Shown here: positions 9,283 through 16,744 of the stretch, piece after piece | Layout of the letters: every line of letters starts with the position of its first letter | Position numbering within the stretch: the stretch's first letter is position 1 | DNA from: Candidatus Apopatocola equi | GTDB lineage: Bacteria; Bacillota; Clostridia; Oscillospirales; Oscillospiraceae | Direction: 5' to 3' | DNA: 32,266 nucleotides | Assembly (NCBI GenBank): GCA_018065965.1 | Contig: JAGHSH010000095.1 | Span: 1-32,266, forward strand | Translations under genes and position numbers: made by a program | Notes under the pieces: generated by a model | Told to the model about the DNA's origin: nothing | What the model saw: only the letters and a program-made list of their open reading frames with translations | Databases searched by the model: none

Positions 9283-9450
9283 ATGTACGTTATCAATGAC
9301 AAGTGCGTTTCCTGCGGCACCTGCGCCGACAACTGCCCCAACGACGCCATCACCGAGGGCGCCGATCGCTACGAGATCAACCAGGACGACTGCGTTTCCT
9401 GCGGCACCTGCGTTGACAATTGCCCCAACGACGCCATCGAGGAGCAGTAA
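9283..9450 (+). CDS. 2x[4Fe-4S] clostridial-type ferredoxin (55 aa; below the ORF-track cutoff)
   Basis: Hand translation gives MYVINDKCVSCGTCADNCPNDAITEGADRYEINQDDCVSCGTCVDNCPNDAIEEQ*, with two CxxCxxCxxxCP motifs. RBS AGGAGG at 9269-9274. Confidence 0.9.
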   Translation: MYVINDKCVSCGTCADNCPNDAITEGADRYEINQDDCVSCGTCVDNCPNDAIEEQ

Positions 9451-9465
9451 TTCTGCCTTTTCGGT

Positions 9466-9506
9466 AAAAAAGATCCTGCCGTTTTCTTCGGCAGGGTCTT
9501 TTTTGT
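9466..9506 (+). terminator. rho-independent terminator of the ferredoxin gene
   Basis: Stem AAGATCCTGCCG (9470-9481) / CGGCAGGGTCTT (9489-9500), then a T-run. Confidence 0.8.
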
Positions 9507-9594
9507 TTTCTGCCCGGGATGCAGCCCGCCCCCCCTTCTGCACTGCCATGCGTTTTCCTGCATAGTTATGGGATGTCAGTCAGCCGTGCAGACT

Positions 9595-9624
9595 GCGCGC
9601 TCCGCAGGGACGTGCGCTTTTTTT
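9595..9624 (+). terminator. leader terminator/attenuator hairpin immediately upstream of the CDF gene
   Basis: GCGCGC (9595-9600) pairs with GTGCGC (9612-9617) and is followed by 7 T (9618-9624). This ends 17 nt before ATG 9642. A competing hairpin CTGCG/CGCAG (9593-9607) overlaps the 5' arm. Confidence 0.5.
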
Positions 9625-9641
9625 ATCGGGGGGGATCGGTC

Positions 9642-10538
9642 ATGAATGAGGAAACCATCATCCGGCGCGTTTCCGCGGTGGGGGTCGGGGGGAATATCCT
9701 GCTCTCGGCGATCAAGCTCTGGGCGGGCGTGGTCGGGAGATCCGCAGCGCTGGTTTCCGACGCCGTGCATTCCCTCAGCGATGTGTTGGCCAGCCTCACG
9801 GCATGGCTGGGGGTGCGGCTCGGCCGACGCCCGGCCGACGAGGGGCACCCCTACGGCCATGAGCGTTTTGAGTGTCTTGCCTCGCTGGCGCTGGGGCTGC
9901 TCCTCACCCTTACGGCGCTGGGCATCGGCCTGGGCGGCGTAAAAACGCTGCTAACCGGGGGCAGCAGCGCTTCGCCGGGGACGGCGGCACTGTGGGGCGC
10001 GGCCGTTTCCATCGCCGTGAAGGAGGCCATGTTCCGTTATGTGCGGCACTATGCCGGGGTGCTGGGCTCTTCCGCCTTTCTGGCCGACGCCTGGCACCAC
10101 CGCAGCGATGCGCTCTCCTCCGTGGGCTCTCTGCTGGGCGCGGCGGGGGCCATGGCGGGCTATCCCGCTCTGGACAGCGCCGCCTGCGTGGTCATCTGCC
10201 TTTTCATTCTCCGGCTCGCCCGGGATGTTCTCCGGGACGCACTCTCCAGGCTGCTGGACAGCTCCTGCGGTGCAGAGAAGGAGCAGGAGCTGTCGGACTT
10301 CATCGAGGCGCAGGAGGGCGTGATCGCGCTGGATCTGCTCCGCTCCCGGCGCTTCGGCGACAGGCTGTATCTGGACGCGGAGATCGCCGTGGACGCAGAG
10401 CAGAGTCTTGCCGAGGCGCACTGCGTCGCCGAGGCCGTCCATGACGCGGTGGAGCGCCGCTTCCCGGAGGTCAAGCATATCATGATCCACGAAAATCCTG
10501 CCGCCGGAACGGTCGGGAGCCGCGCTTTTCCCCCTTGA
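9642..10538 (+). CDS. cation diffusion facilitator (CDF) family metal exporter
   Basis: Start moved to ATG 9642 (MNEETIIRRVSAVGVGGNILLS). HSLSD and HHRSD metal-site motifs are present, along with a C-terminal cytoplasmic domain. Confidence 0.85.
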   Translation: MNEETIIRRVSAVGVGGNILLSAIKLWAGVVGRSAALVSDAVHSLSDVLASLTAWLGVRLGRRPADEGHPYGHERFECLASLALGLLLTLTALGIGLGGVKTLLTGGSSASPGTAALWGAAVSIAVKEAMFRYVRHYAGVLGSSAFLADAWHHRSDALSSVGSLLGAAGAMAGYPALDSAACVVICLFILRLARDVLRDALSRLLDSSCGAEKEQELSDFIEAQEGVIALDLLRSRRFGDRLYLDAEIAVDAEQSLAEAHCVAEAVHDAVERRFPEVKHIMIHENPAAGTVGSRAFPP

Positions 10539-10563
10539 CAGGCGCCTTCTTTCGTGCTATATT
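10535..10563 (+). promoter_or_regulatory. sigma-A promoter driving the glycine riboswitch leader
   Basis: TTGACA (10535-10540), 17-nt spacer, TATATT (10558-10563). Confidence 0.6.
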
Positions 10564-10592
10564 AGCTCAAAATGTTGAATAAGTCGGTTGAT

Positions 10593-10757
10593 GCAAGGAA
10601 GAGACTGCCCTCCGGGGCAGACCGATGGGGCAAGCCCGACCCTGCCGAGGTCGGGGGAATCTTTCAGGTACAGACATCCCTTGCGGACGAAGCTCTGGAG
10701 AGTGCCGCTGCGGCGGCCACCGAAGAAGATCAAACTTTCAGGTTGAAGAAACAGAGG
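10593..10757 (+). promoter_or_regulatory. tandem glycine riboswitch (two aptamers)
   Basis: Aptamer 1: GGAAGAGAC...ACCGATGGGGCAA...TCTTTCAGGTACAGACATCC, with P1 GCAAGG/CCCTTGC. Aptamer 2: CTCTGGAGAGTG...CACCGAAGAAGATCAA...ACTTTCAGGTTGAAGAAACAGAGG. Both closely parallel my recollection of the B. subtilis gcvT leader. Confidence 0.85.
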
Positions 10758-10804
10758 ATATGCAGGCAGCTTATTTGCTGCGCGCATATCCTCTTTTTTA
10801 TTTT
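10754..10804 (+). terminator. riboswitch expression-platform terminator
   Basis: Stem GAGGATATGCAGGCAGC / GCTGCGCGCATATCCTC, then TTTTTTATTTT. Its 5' arm overlaps the 3' strand of aptamer-2 P1. Confidence 0.8.
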
Positions 10805-10830
10805 GAAAACACAAAGGGAGCTGAAAGAAA

Positions 10831-12153
10831 ATGAACGAAGACAATACCCTGAAAAAGGAACTGGGTGCGGCCACTGCCACCTCGCTGGTAGTAGGCTGCG
10901 TCATCGGCGCGGGCGTGTTCTTCAAGCCCTACGCCATTTATCAGGCCACCGGAGGCGCTCCGGGCATGGGCATTCTCTCTTGGGTGCTCGGCGGCCTCAT
11001 CAGCATTTTCGCCGCGCTGACCTTCGCCGAGGTGGCGGTGCTGATCCCCCGCACGGGCGGCATGGTCGAGTATCTGGGCGAGGTCTACGGCCGCCGTCTG
11101 GGCTTTCTGGCCGGCTGGATGCAGGTGGTCATCTTCTACCCCGCCTATCTGGCAGGCTACGGCGTAAAGGTCGGCAGCGAGCTGAGCGCCTATGTGGGCG
11201 AGCGCTTCGCCCTGCCCATCGGCATTCTGGTCATCGCCGCGCTGGTGCTGCTCAATGCCCGCGGCGTCCGCTCCGCCGGCGGTATGCAGCTTGTTTCCAC
11301 CGTCTGCAAGCTCATCCCGCTGGGTCTGCTGATCCTCTTCGGCTTCCTCCGAGGCGGCAGCAGCGCCTCCGTGCTCGACCGGCTTGTGGGCGACGGAAAA
11401 AGCGTCGGCAGCGTCACGGTCACCACCCTGCTGGCCGTGCTTTTTGCCTTTGAGGGCTGGACGAACGTGGGCACCATCGCCGGAGAGATGAAGAACCCCG
11501 GCCGCGACCTGCCCCGGGCCATCGTGGGCGGCGTGAGCATTATCATGGCCGTGTATCTGGGCATCAACCTTGCCTATCTCCGGGTGATCCCGGCCAGCGA
11601 GCTGATGAATCTGCCCTCCCCCGCCCATGCGGTGGCCACGAAGCTCTTCGGTGAGGCCGGCGGCACCCTCATCCGCGTGGGCATCATCATCTCCGTGATC
11701 GGCGCGGGCAACGGTTTTCTTATGTCCGGCAGCCGCGTGGCCTATCAGCTGGGTGTGCAGGGTATGCTCCCCGGCAGCAAGGCTCTCTCCCGTCTCAACA
11801 GCCGGGGCGTGCCTGCCAACGCCATTTATCTGGTGGGCGGTCTGGCCTGCCTCTACTCCCTCAGCGGCGAATTTGACCTGCTGACCGATCTGGGCACCTT
11901 TGCCTGCTGGGTCTTCTACACGCTCACCTTCTGCTGCGTCATCACCCTGCGGAAGCAGCGTCCCGATGCGGAGCGGAAATACAAGGTGCCCGGCTATCCC
12001 GTGATCCCCGCTCTGGCCATCCTCAGCGGCGTGTATGTGATCATCTCCCAGCTCTTCCTGTCCGGCGCCCGGGGGCTTGTGATGTCCCTCTGCTCCGTGG
12101 GCATCACCGCGCTGGGTCTGCCCGTTTACGCCCTGAGCGTCAAGCAGAAATGA
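10831..12153 (+). CDS. APC-superfamily amino acid permease (glycine-regulated)
   Basis: 440-aa protein with about 12 TM segments. The N-terminus LGAATATSLVVGCVIGAGVFFKP is typical of the APC family. RBS AAGGGAG lies upstream of ATG 10831. Confidence 0.85.
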   Translation: MNEDNTLKKELGAATATSLVVGCVIGAGVFFKPYAIYQATGGAPGMGILSWVLGGLISIFAALTFAEVAVLIPRTGGMVEYLGEVYGRRLGFLAGWMQVVIFYPAYLAGYGVKVGSELSAYVGERFALPIGILVIAALVLLNARGVRSAGGMQLVSTVCKLIPLGLLILFGFLRGGSSASVLDRLVGDGKSVGSVTVTTLLAVLFAFEGWTNVGTIAGEMKNPGRDLPRAIVGGVSIIMAVYLGINLAYLRVIPASELMNLPSPAHAVATKLFGEAGGTLIRVGIIISVIGAGNGFLMSGSRVAYQLGVQGMLPGSKALSRLNSRGVPANAIYLVGGLACLYSLSGEFDLLTDLGTFACWVFYTLTFCCVITLRKQRPDAERKYKVPGYPVIPALAILSGVYVIISQLFLSGARGLVMSLCSVGITALGLPVYALSVKQK

Positions 12154-12169
12154 TTTTCCCCATTCCGAG

Positions 12170-12215
12170 AAAAGACGGCAGCCCGTTTTGCCACGGGTGG
12201 ATAAGGAAGTATTTT
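12170..12215. repeat. left arm of a 46-bp imperfect inverted repeat
   Basis: AAAAGACGGCAGCCCGTTTTGCCACGGGTGGATAAGGAAGTATTTT matches the reverse complement of 12902-12947 at 42 of 46 positions. Confidence 0.9.
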
Positions 12216-12336
12216 CCCGTTTATTCTTTTCCTTCCTATGAGGTGTTAGGGGCTTGCCCTTAAATAATAAGCCGATGTTAATCTGCTTTGAGCGGAAAAA
12301 TATATCATTTTTCCCTGCTTGATACCGAATGAGACA

Positions 12337-12384
12337 AAACCACCTACCGAAAGAGATGATTACTCTTTTTCGGCAGGTGGTTTT
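12337..12384. terminator. long hairpin / bidirectional terminator downstream of the WapI-like gene
   Basis: Stem AAAACCACCTACCGAAAGAG (12337-12356) / CTCTTTTTCGGCAGGTGGTTTT (12363-12384). Confidence 0.6.
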
Positions 12385-12419
12385 CAGTTTAACAAAAGGG
12401 TATTTGTTTGTGCGATCTG

Positions 12420-12824
12420 TTAATTATCTGCGAATTGGTGTAATTCTGAAATAAAGCGCAAAAGCGCGGTCTGATCAGCTTCAAATTCAAATTTCAGTTC
12501 ATGTATCATTGCTTCTCCGAAGATATCTCCGCTGATTCTAATATGCCCAATATTATCAGCCGAAAAATGCAGCATTCCTCCGTATCCGATTTCTTGGATT
12601 CCAGCTTCTTTTGCTTTGAACTCGTACATTTTCTTAAGCTCATTTGTAAAATCGATTAGATTGCGCATATCAAATTCGCATGGTGAAACACCCATAAAAC
12701 CATTTGATTTCACTTTGATCTTAACTGTACAGTTATACGGATTTCCTCTTTCCGTTTCTTCGGGGTAAAAACGCAAGTCATCGAATTCTATATAATTTTC
12801 ACCAAACTCCAAAAGAGCATTCAT
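12420..12824 (-). CDS. WapI-like polymorphic-toxin immunity protein candidate (134 aa)
   Basis: Low GC. Start set at ATG 12824 (RBS GGGAG), because the track's 12929 start lies inside the inverted repeat. The overall pattern (YNCTVKIKVKS...F.GVS...LKFEFEADQTALLRFISEL) resembles the WapI immunity family as I recall it. Needs an HMM check. Confidence 0.5.
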   Translation of the reverse strand: MNALLEFGENYIEFDDLRFYPEETERGNPYNCTVKIKVKSNGFMGVSPCEFDMRNLIDFTNELKKMYEFKAKEAGIQEIGYGGMLHFSADNIGHIRISGDIFGEAMIHELKFEFEADQTALLRFISELHQFADN

Positions 12825-12901
12825 GTTTTTTCTCCCATTCAAAACCGGCTTGTCTTTATCATACAGGGGCATCAGATTTTTCCATACACCAAAAAACACA
12901 T

Positions 12902-12947
12902 AAAATACTTCCTTATCCACCTGTGGCATTACAGGCTGCCGTCTTTT
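12902..12947. repeat. right arm of the 46-bp imperfect inverted repeat
   Basis: The reverse complement reads AAAAGACGGCAGCCTGTAATGCCACAGGTGGATAAGGAAGTATTTT. Confidence 0.9.
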
Positions 12948-13019
12948 TAATTTAGATGTCAGCCCGGCGATCCGGGGCAGCAGGGTCGGTTCAGGTCGGC
13001 AGACCGCAGAAAACCGGTA

Positions 13020-14078
13020 TCAAGGAGAATCGCTCTCGGGCAGTATAGTGATCTCCTTAATTACACGCGACAGCGGGTAATAGCGGATGTGCAGTCGGTC
13101 GCCCGGCGTGAGCTTGCCCCGGCAGAGCGGCTCAAAGAGGAACAGCCGCTTTTTTCGTCCGTCTTCCCCTTGCAGAAGTATCCATTTGCATCTCACCTTC
13201 AAGGCGGCGAGGCAGAAGGTGATGAACACATCCTTTTTATATTCGATTTGCGTCAGTTCTCTTTCATTGCCGATTATTCCGTCCACGATCAGGAGCAAGC
13301 CGCGCAAAATTTCATGGAAAAACAGCATGACGCTCATAAAGCTGACCCAAGCTGCGCTGGCAATCAACCCGGCGGCATAAAGTTTGCGAATAAGCAGGAA
13401 CAGCAATACGCTCACCACCACCGCACCGCGGCGTGAGCGGCGCATCAGGCGCTCCGAATCCCAGGAGCGGGATTGCCTCCCGGGCTTCGATTCCCAACGC
13501 CACCCGCCGCAGTAACGGAGCAGCTCCGGCAGTTCGGTTTCGGGGTCAAGGTAAAGAGTGATCACTTTGTTTCCAATGTCTGCAATGTTTATGGCTATTT
13601 GACTTTCAAAATATCCTTTGGGAATATAGCGTCTGACCAGTTTTATTTCGGGATATTGCGTTACTTGTTCTGCAAACATTTCGCGCGTTCTTTTCAAGAT
13701 CCTGTCACTGTTTTCCGGATGCGATTCACGAATATAGTGGAAAGAATCCCAGGGGAAAAGCCGTGAACGTCCCAAACGGAAGATTCGAATTCCCTCCGCA
13801 CTGATTTCAAAGCGATCGAACAGTAGTTGAAACGTCCCTTCTATTGCTTCTGATATCATATGGGTATACAATAGGCAGAACATAGCAAGAGGAACTGCGA
13901 GGTAAATGAATTCATCATCTTCGCGCGGAGCATTGAGACCAAGATAAGCATAGAAAGGAATTGCTGCAATCATGATGCAAAAACAAGAAACTGCAGAAAG
14001 AACTATATACCTTCTGTATCTTTTTGTCATGTTGTTTCGGTTGTAGATCACCATTTTCCCGGTTTCTATGGAGTTCAC
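13020..14078 (-). CDS. multi-pass membrane protein of unknown function (compositionally chimeric)
   Basis: 352-aa ORF with TM helices near residues 25-75 and 215-270. The 5' half (about 13560-14078) is low GC and the 3' half is host-like GC. Start is GTG 14078 (RBS AAAGGA) or ATG 14054. Confidence 0.55.
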   Translation of the reverse strand: MNSIETGKMVIYNRNNMTKRYRRYIVLSAVSCFCIMIAAIPFYAYLGLNAPREDDEFIYLAVPLAMFCLLYTHMISEAIEGTFQLLFDRFEISAEGIRIFRLGRSRLFPWDSFHYIRESHPENSDRILKRTREMFAEQVTQYPEIKLVRRYIPKGYFESQIAINIADIGNKVITLYLDPETELPELLRYCGGWRWESKPGRQSRSWDSERLMRRSRRGAVVVSVLLFLLIRKLYAAGLIASAAWVSFMSVMLFFHEILRGLLLIVDGIIGNERELTQIEYKKDVFITFCLAALKVRCKWILLQGEDGRKKRLFLFEPLCRGKLTPGDRLHIRYYPLSRVIKEITILPESDSP

Positions 14079-14459
14079 GGTTTTACATCCTTTCTATTAC
14101 TAAACGAACCCGTCCGGTACTGTTTCCACGTCCGGTGCTGCTTCTAATGCCGACAGTTGACGAAACGGAGGGAGAAAGCGAGGAAGAATTAACGGTGCTC
14201 AGCGTTCCCTGTTTGCGGTGTGCAAGGCAGGTTTCCTCCGCCATGAATAATATGCATCCGCGCTTATATGGTTGCAGGTGCAGCAAAACTTTTGCGCATC
14301 TATTATGCTCGTGTACGTGAATGCCTCCGATCTTTAGAAATGCAGGAGTCACTGTCTGCGTAACCTCAAATTTAACTGTTTATGAAGTATTTACAAATGC
14401 TCTTTTGCACGGGCAAGTGTTGCCAACATCATTCCTGAAACCTTTAAGGGCTTGGGATT

Positions 14460-14508
14460 ATCCCAACGAACTGCCTTTTGTCCCCAAAAGGCGATGCTTG
14501 CCGGTACG
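14460..14508. repeat. 49-bp direct repeat, copy A (contains an 8-bp-stem hairpin)
   Basis: ATCCCAACGAACTGCCTTTTGTCCCCAAAAGGCGATGCTTGCCGGTACG matches 16051-16099 at 48 of 49 positions. It ends 2 nt from the stop codon of the 14511-14912 gene. Confidence 0.95.
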
Positions 14509-14510
14509 AT

Positions 14511-14912
14511 TCAGGCTTCTATCGCTACCATTATTCCTTCTAACAATTTATGCACTTCGGAATGCAGGATTTCTTCTTTGATTAGTGCAGGTTTATCGCA
14601 CTGTTTCCATACGCTATCGATTTTCCAATATTGATTATGTTGAGGCGAGAACACAAGTATGGGCTCTGTGTGTTCAACCGTAGAATAAACAAATTGATCC
14701 GCATTCCCTGTAAGATATCTGCGATACCAGTTAACTAAATACCAATAAAATTCAATAATAGCAACTTCTTCTGAAAATAGGATTTGATTATTGTAGGTAA
14801 CAGTCAAATCAGCCTCCCAAAGCAAATAACCATATATCTCATCAAGAGACATCCTAGAATAGGGTGCTCTAGGAGGTTGTTGTCCTAAAAAATCAATGTT
14901 AATCGTGAACAT
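14511..14912 (-). CDS. hypothetical protein (133 aa), immunity-like by context
   Basis: Low-GC ORF 70 nt downstream of the DUF4259-like gene on the same strand. RBS GGAGG lies upstream of ATG 14912. No motif recognised. Confidence 0.55.
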   Translation of the reverse strand: MFTINIDFLGQQPPRAPYSRMSLDEIYGYLLWEADLTVTYNNQILFSEEVAIIEFYWYLVNWYRRYLTGNADQFVYSTVEHTEPILVFSPQHNQYWKIDSVWKQCDKPALIKEEILHSEVHKLLEGIMVAIEA

Positions 14913-14982
14913 ATGTACCTCCTTAAGTTACTGGGGGAAAAAGGTAATAATTTTAGGAAGGATATTGCCATCCGGAAAAATT

Positions 14983-15936
14983 CTAAATGTTTTTATTTGT
15001 GTAAATACTGAGTTCCCTTAGATTGTGCCCACAATACCGCTTAATCATTTTTGTTTCAAATGTTTCATCGAATTGTTTCCATGATACAGACACAATATTT
15101 TCTTTTGAATGAGGAACAAATTCTTTTTGTGGATGAACAGTATTCGCAAAGTTACCTACGTAGATCAAATTTGTAGGAATAACTCTTTTTGAAGTATTAA
15201 GCAATTTCGCTCTATACTGCGGCAAAAAACCATATTCATCTACTTGATAGTTTATCTTAGATTTTTCGGCAATATCTTCTTGCGGACGTCTCATATCAAT
15301 TGGCAAAAAACGATCCTCGTACTTTGTGAACCATGTCTGGACATATTCCAATTGGTTATATTCTTCTGCGTTTGATGGAAGATTGTTATCATTGGTTATT
15401 TTCACATATACAATTGGTACTATGTGCCCAGGATGCCATACACCTTCATCAACCTTTTGGAGCAAAAAATACCGACCATAAAGACCTCTTTCTTTTGCTA
15501 AGTCGCTTTCCAATTGGTAGGCAAAAACATCTCCCAATTTCCATTGACATTTGTATATTCTCTTTTTTACTGGTTTTTTCACTGGAGGTTGCGGAGAAAG
15601 AAGTTTTGCTTGCAACTCATCAAGAATTTTTCTTCTTTTCGCTTTTACTGACATATCTATTGACCGACAATAAAACATACCACTGTCTTTTTCAACCCAG
15701 TAAAGAGCTTTTTCCTTAACCCAAGGCATAAGCACTCCCAGATTCCATTGTGTATCCGCCAATGCCAACCAAAACAACGGTTCTTCGTCAATGTCGCCCA
15801 TTATGCTTTTATAATCTTCCGTCAATTTGTCGGTGATATCTTGGACAGTATTTCCAGTATTATACAATTCTTCAAATTCATCTTTAACATCTAGTGACGT
15901 ATCGTTTTGATATAACTCAAATCCCCACATTCCCAT
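14983..15936 (-). CDS. DUF4259-like immunity-family protein with an extra C-terminal domain (317 aa)
   Basis: The N-terminus MGMWGFELYQNDTSLDVKDEF...PLFWLALADTQW resembles the MGxWGxGxFxND start of DUF4259, a predicted polymorphic-toxin immunity family. RBS GGAGGTG lies upstream. Confidence 0.6.
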   Translation of the reverse strand: MGMWGFELYQNDTSLDVKDEFEELYNTGNTVQDITDKLTEDYKSIMGDIDEEPLFWLALADTQWNLGVLMPWVKEKALYWVEKDSGMFYCRSIDMSVKAKRRKILDELQAKLLSPQPPVKKPVKKRIYKCQWKLGDVFAYQLESDLAKERGLYGRYFLLQKVDEGVWHPGHIVPIVYVKITNDNNLPSNAEEYNQLEYVQTWFTKYEDRFLPIDMRRPQEDIAEKSKINYQVDEYGFLPQYRAKLLNTSKRVIPTNLIYVGNFANTVHPQKEFVPHSKENIVSVSWKQFDETFETKMIKRYCGHNLRELSIYTNKNI

Positions 15937-16050
15937 TTATATCACCTCCAAATCAATTTCCAGTCCAATACAAAATCTCGTTGGACATTTGATTCCATCC
16001 GTAGTTCAAAGTGCCTAAAGCCAGTTCTTTAAACGCGCCCCAATATTTTA

Positions 16051-16099
16051 ATCCCAACGAACTGCCTTTTGTCCCCAAAAGGCGATGCTTGCTGGTACG
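16051..16099. repeat. 49-bp direct repeat, copy B
   Basis: Same sequence as 14460-14508 with one C/T difference. It ends 12 nt from the stop codon of the 16112-16603 gene. Confidence 0.95.
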
Positions 16100-16111
16100 T
16101 GTCATTCTAAA

Positions 16112-16603
16112 CTAGGTTGTTTCACAATCAACAAAGTTCTTGTATCTAGTTCCACATTTGTTGCACTCAAGTGTTATCCATATCCAAGTAAAAGCATTAT
16201 CTGTTTCGGTTATTTCAAGTTCCGCAAGTTCTTGAATATCAGGATATTCATATTTGATACCAACAGAAAATACTCTATTTCGGCATTTACTGCAATCAAT
16301 AGGTTTAGTTTGTACATGTGTATATTGCTCTTTTCCACATTGCTCATACCCATCACAACTGCTATCAAATACTGAGATAACTTTACCACACTTTCTGCAA
16401 CGAGCTTCTATTACAGTTTTGTCATTTTCTGGAAACAAGCACATTTTTGAAAACATACTGTGTTTTATTTCTCCAACAACAAACACTTCAAAATCATGGG
16501 CATTACAGCATGTAAGTATTCCTTCAATTATGCTGTTATCGCCTTCCTTTGGTTGATGTGTCATTTTAAAATGCGGTTGAACTTTTTTAGGAATCAATTT
16601 CAT
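16112..16603 (-). CDS. Cys-rich (zinc-ribbon-like) hypothetical protein, immunity candidate (163 aa)
   Basis: Cysteine motifs CRKCG, CDGYEQC, CSKCR and CNKCG. RBS AAGGGGGG lies immediately upstream of ATG 16603. It directly follows the toxin-tail ORF. Confidence 0.6.
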   Translation of the reverse strand: MKLIPKKVQPHFKMTHQPKEGDNSIIEGILTCCNAHDFEVFVVGEIKHSMFSKMCLFPENDKTVIEARCRKCGKVISVFDSSCDGYEQCGKEQYTHVQTKPIDCSKCRNRVFSVGIKYEYPDIQELAELEITETDNAFTWIWITLECNKCGTRYKNFVDCETT

Positions 16604-16609
16604 CCCCCC

Positions 16610-16744
16610 TTATTCAAACAATCTTCTAACCCAATTTACAATCTTTCCAACAGACCCCGAATTGTTTGAACGCATGTTGGACATCTTGTTAATAATATAA
16701 TTTGTGCTTTGTCTTGGACTCACAACTTCTACTAACTTATTCAT
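16610..16744 (-). CDS. 44-aa low-GC ORF, probable residual C-terminal tail of a displaced toxin domain
   Basis: Hand translation gives MNKLVEVVSPRQSTNYIINKMSNMRSNNSGSVGKIVNWVRRLFE*. Its ATG overlaps the TGA of the RHS fragment, and it ends 6 nt before the next gene's ATG. Confidence 0.3.
   Translation of the reverse strand: MNKLVEVVSPRQSTNYIINKMSNMRSNNSGSVGKIVNWVRRLFE

Noticed and set aside
10593-10757. T-box or lysine riboswitch upstream of the amino acid permease
   Set aside because: There is no T-box GGGTGGTACCGCG-like sequence and no specifier-loop layout. The two CTCTGGAGAG / ACCGA(A/T)GGGGCAA / TTTCAGG blocks fit the tandem glycine aptamers instead. The track ORFs 10572-11453(+) and 10557-10925(-) covering this leader are discounted for the same reason.
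14083-14352. 89-aa minus-strand ORF (contains HVHEHN) as a possible HNH-type toxin remnant
   Set aside because: It has no RBS, no further nuclease motifs and a Ser/Thr/Arg-rich low-complexity C-terminus. It cannot be supported from sequence alone.
14460-14508. The 49-bp repeat as an integron attC site
   Set aside because: The ends do not form the RYYYAAC / GTTRRRY inverse core pair, and the palindrome is limited to an 8-bp stem. No intI or attI is in the window and only two copies are seen. It is kept as a generic cassette-boundary candidate.
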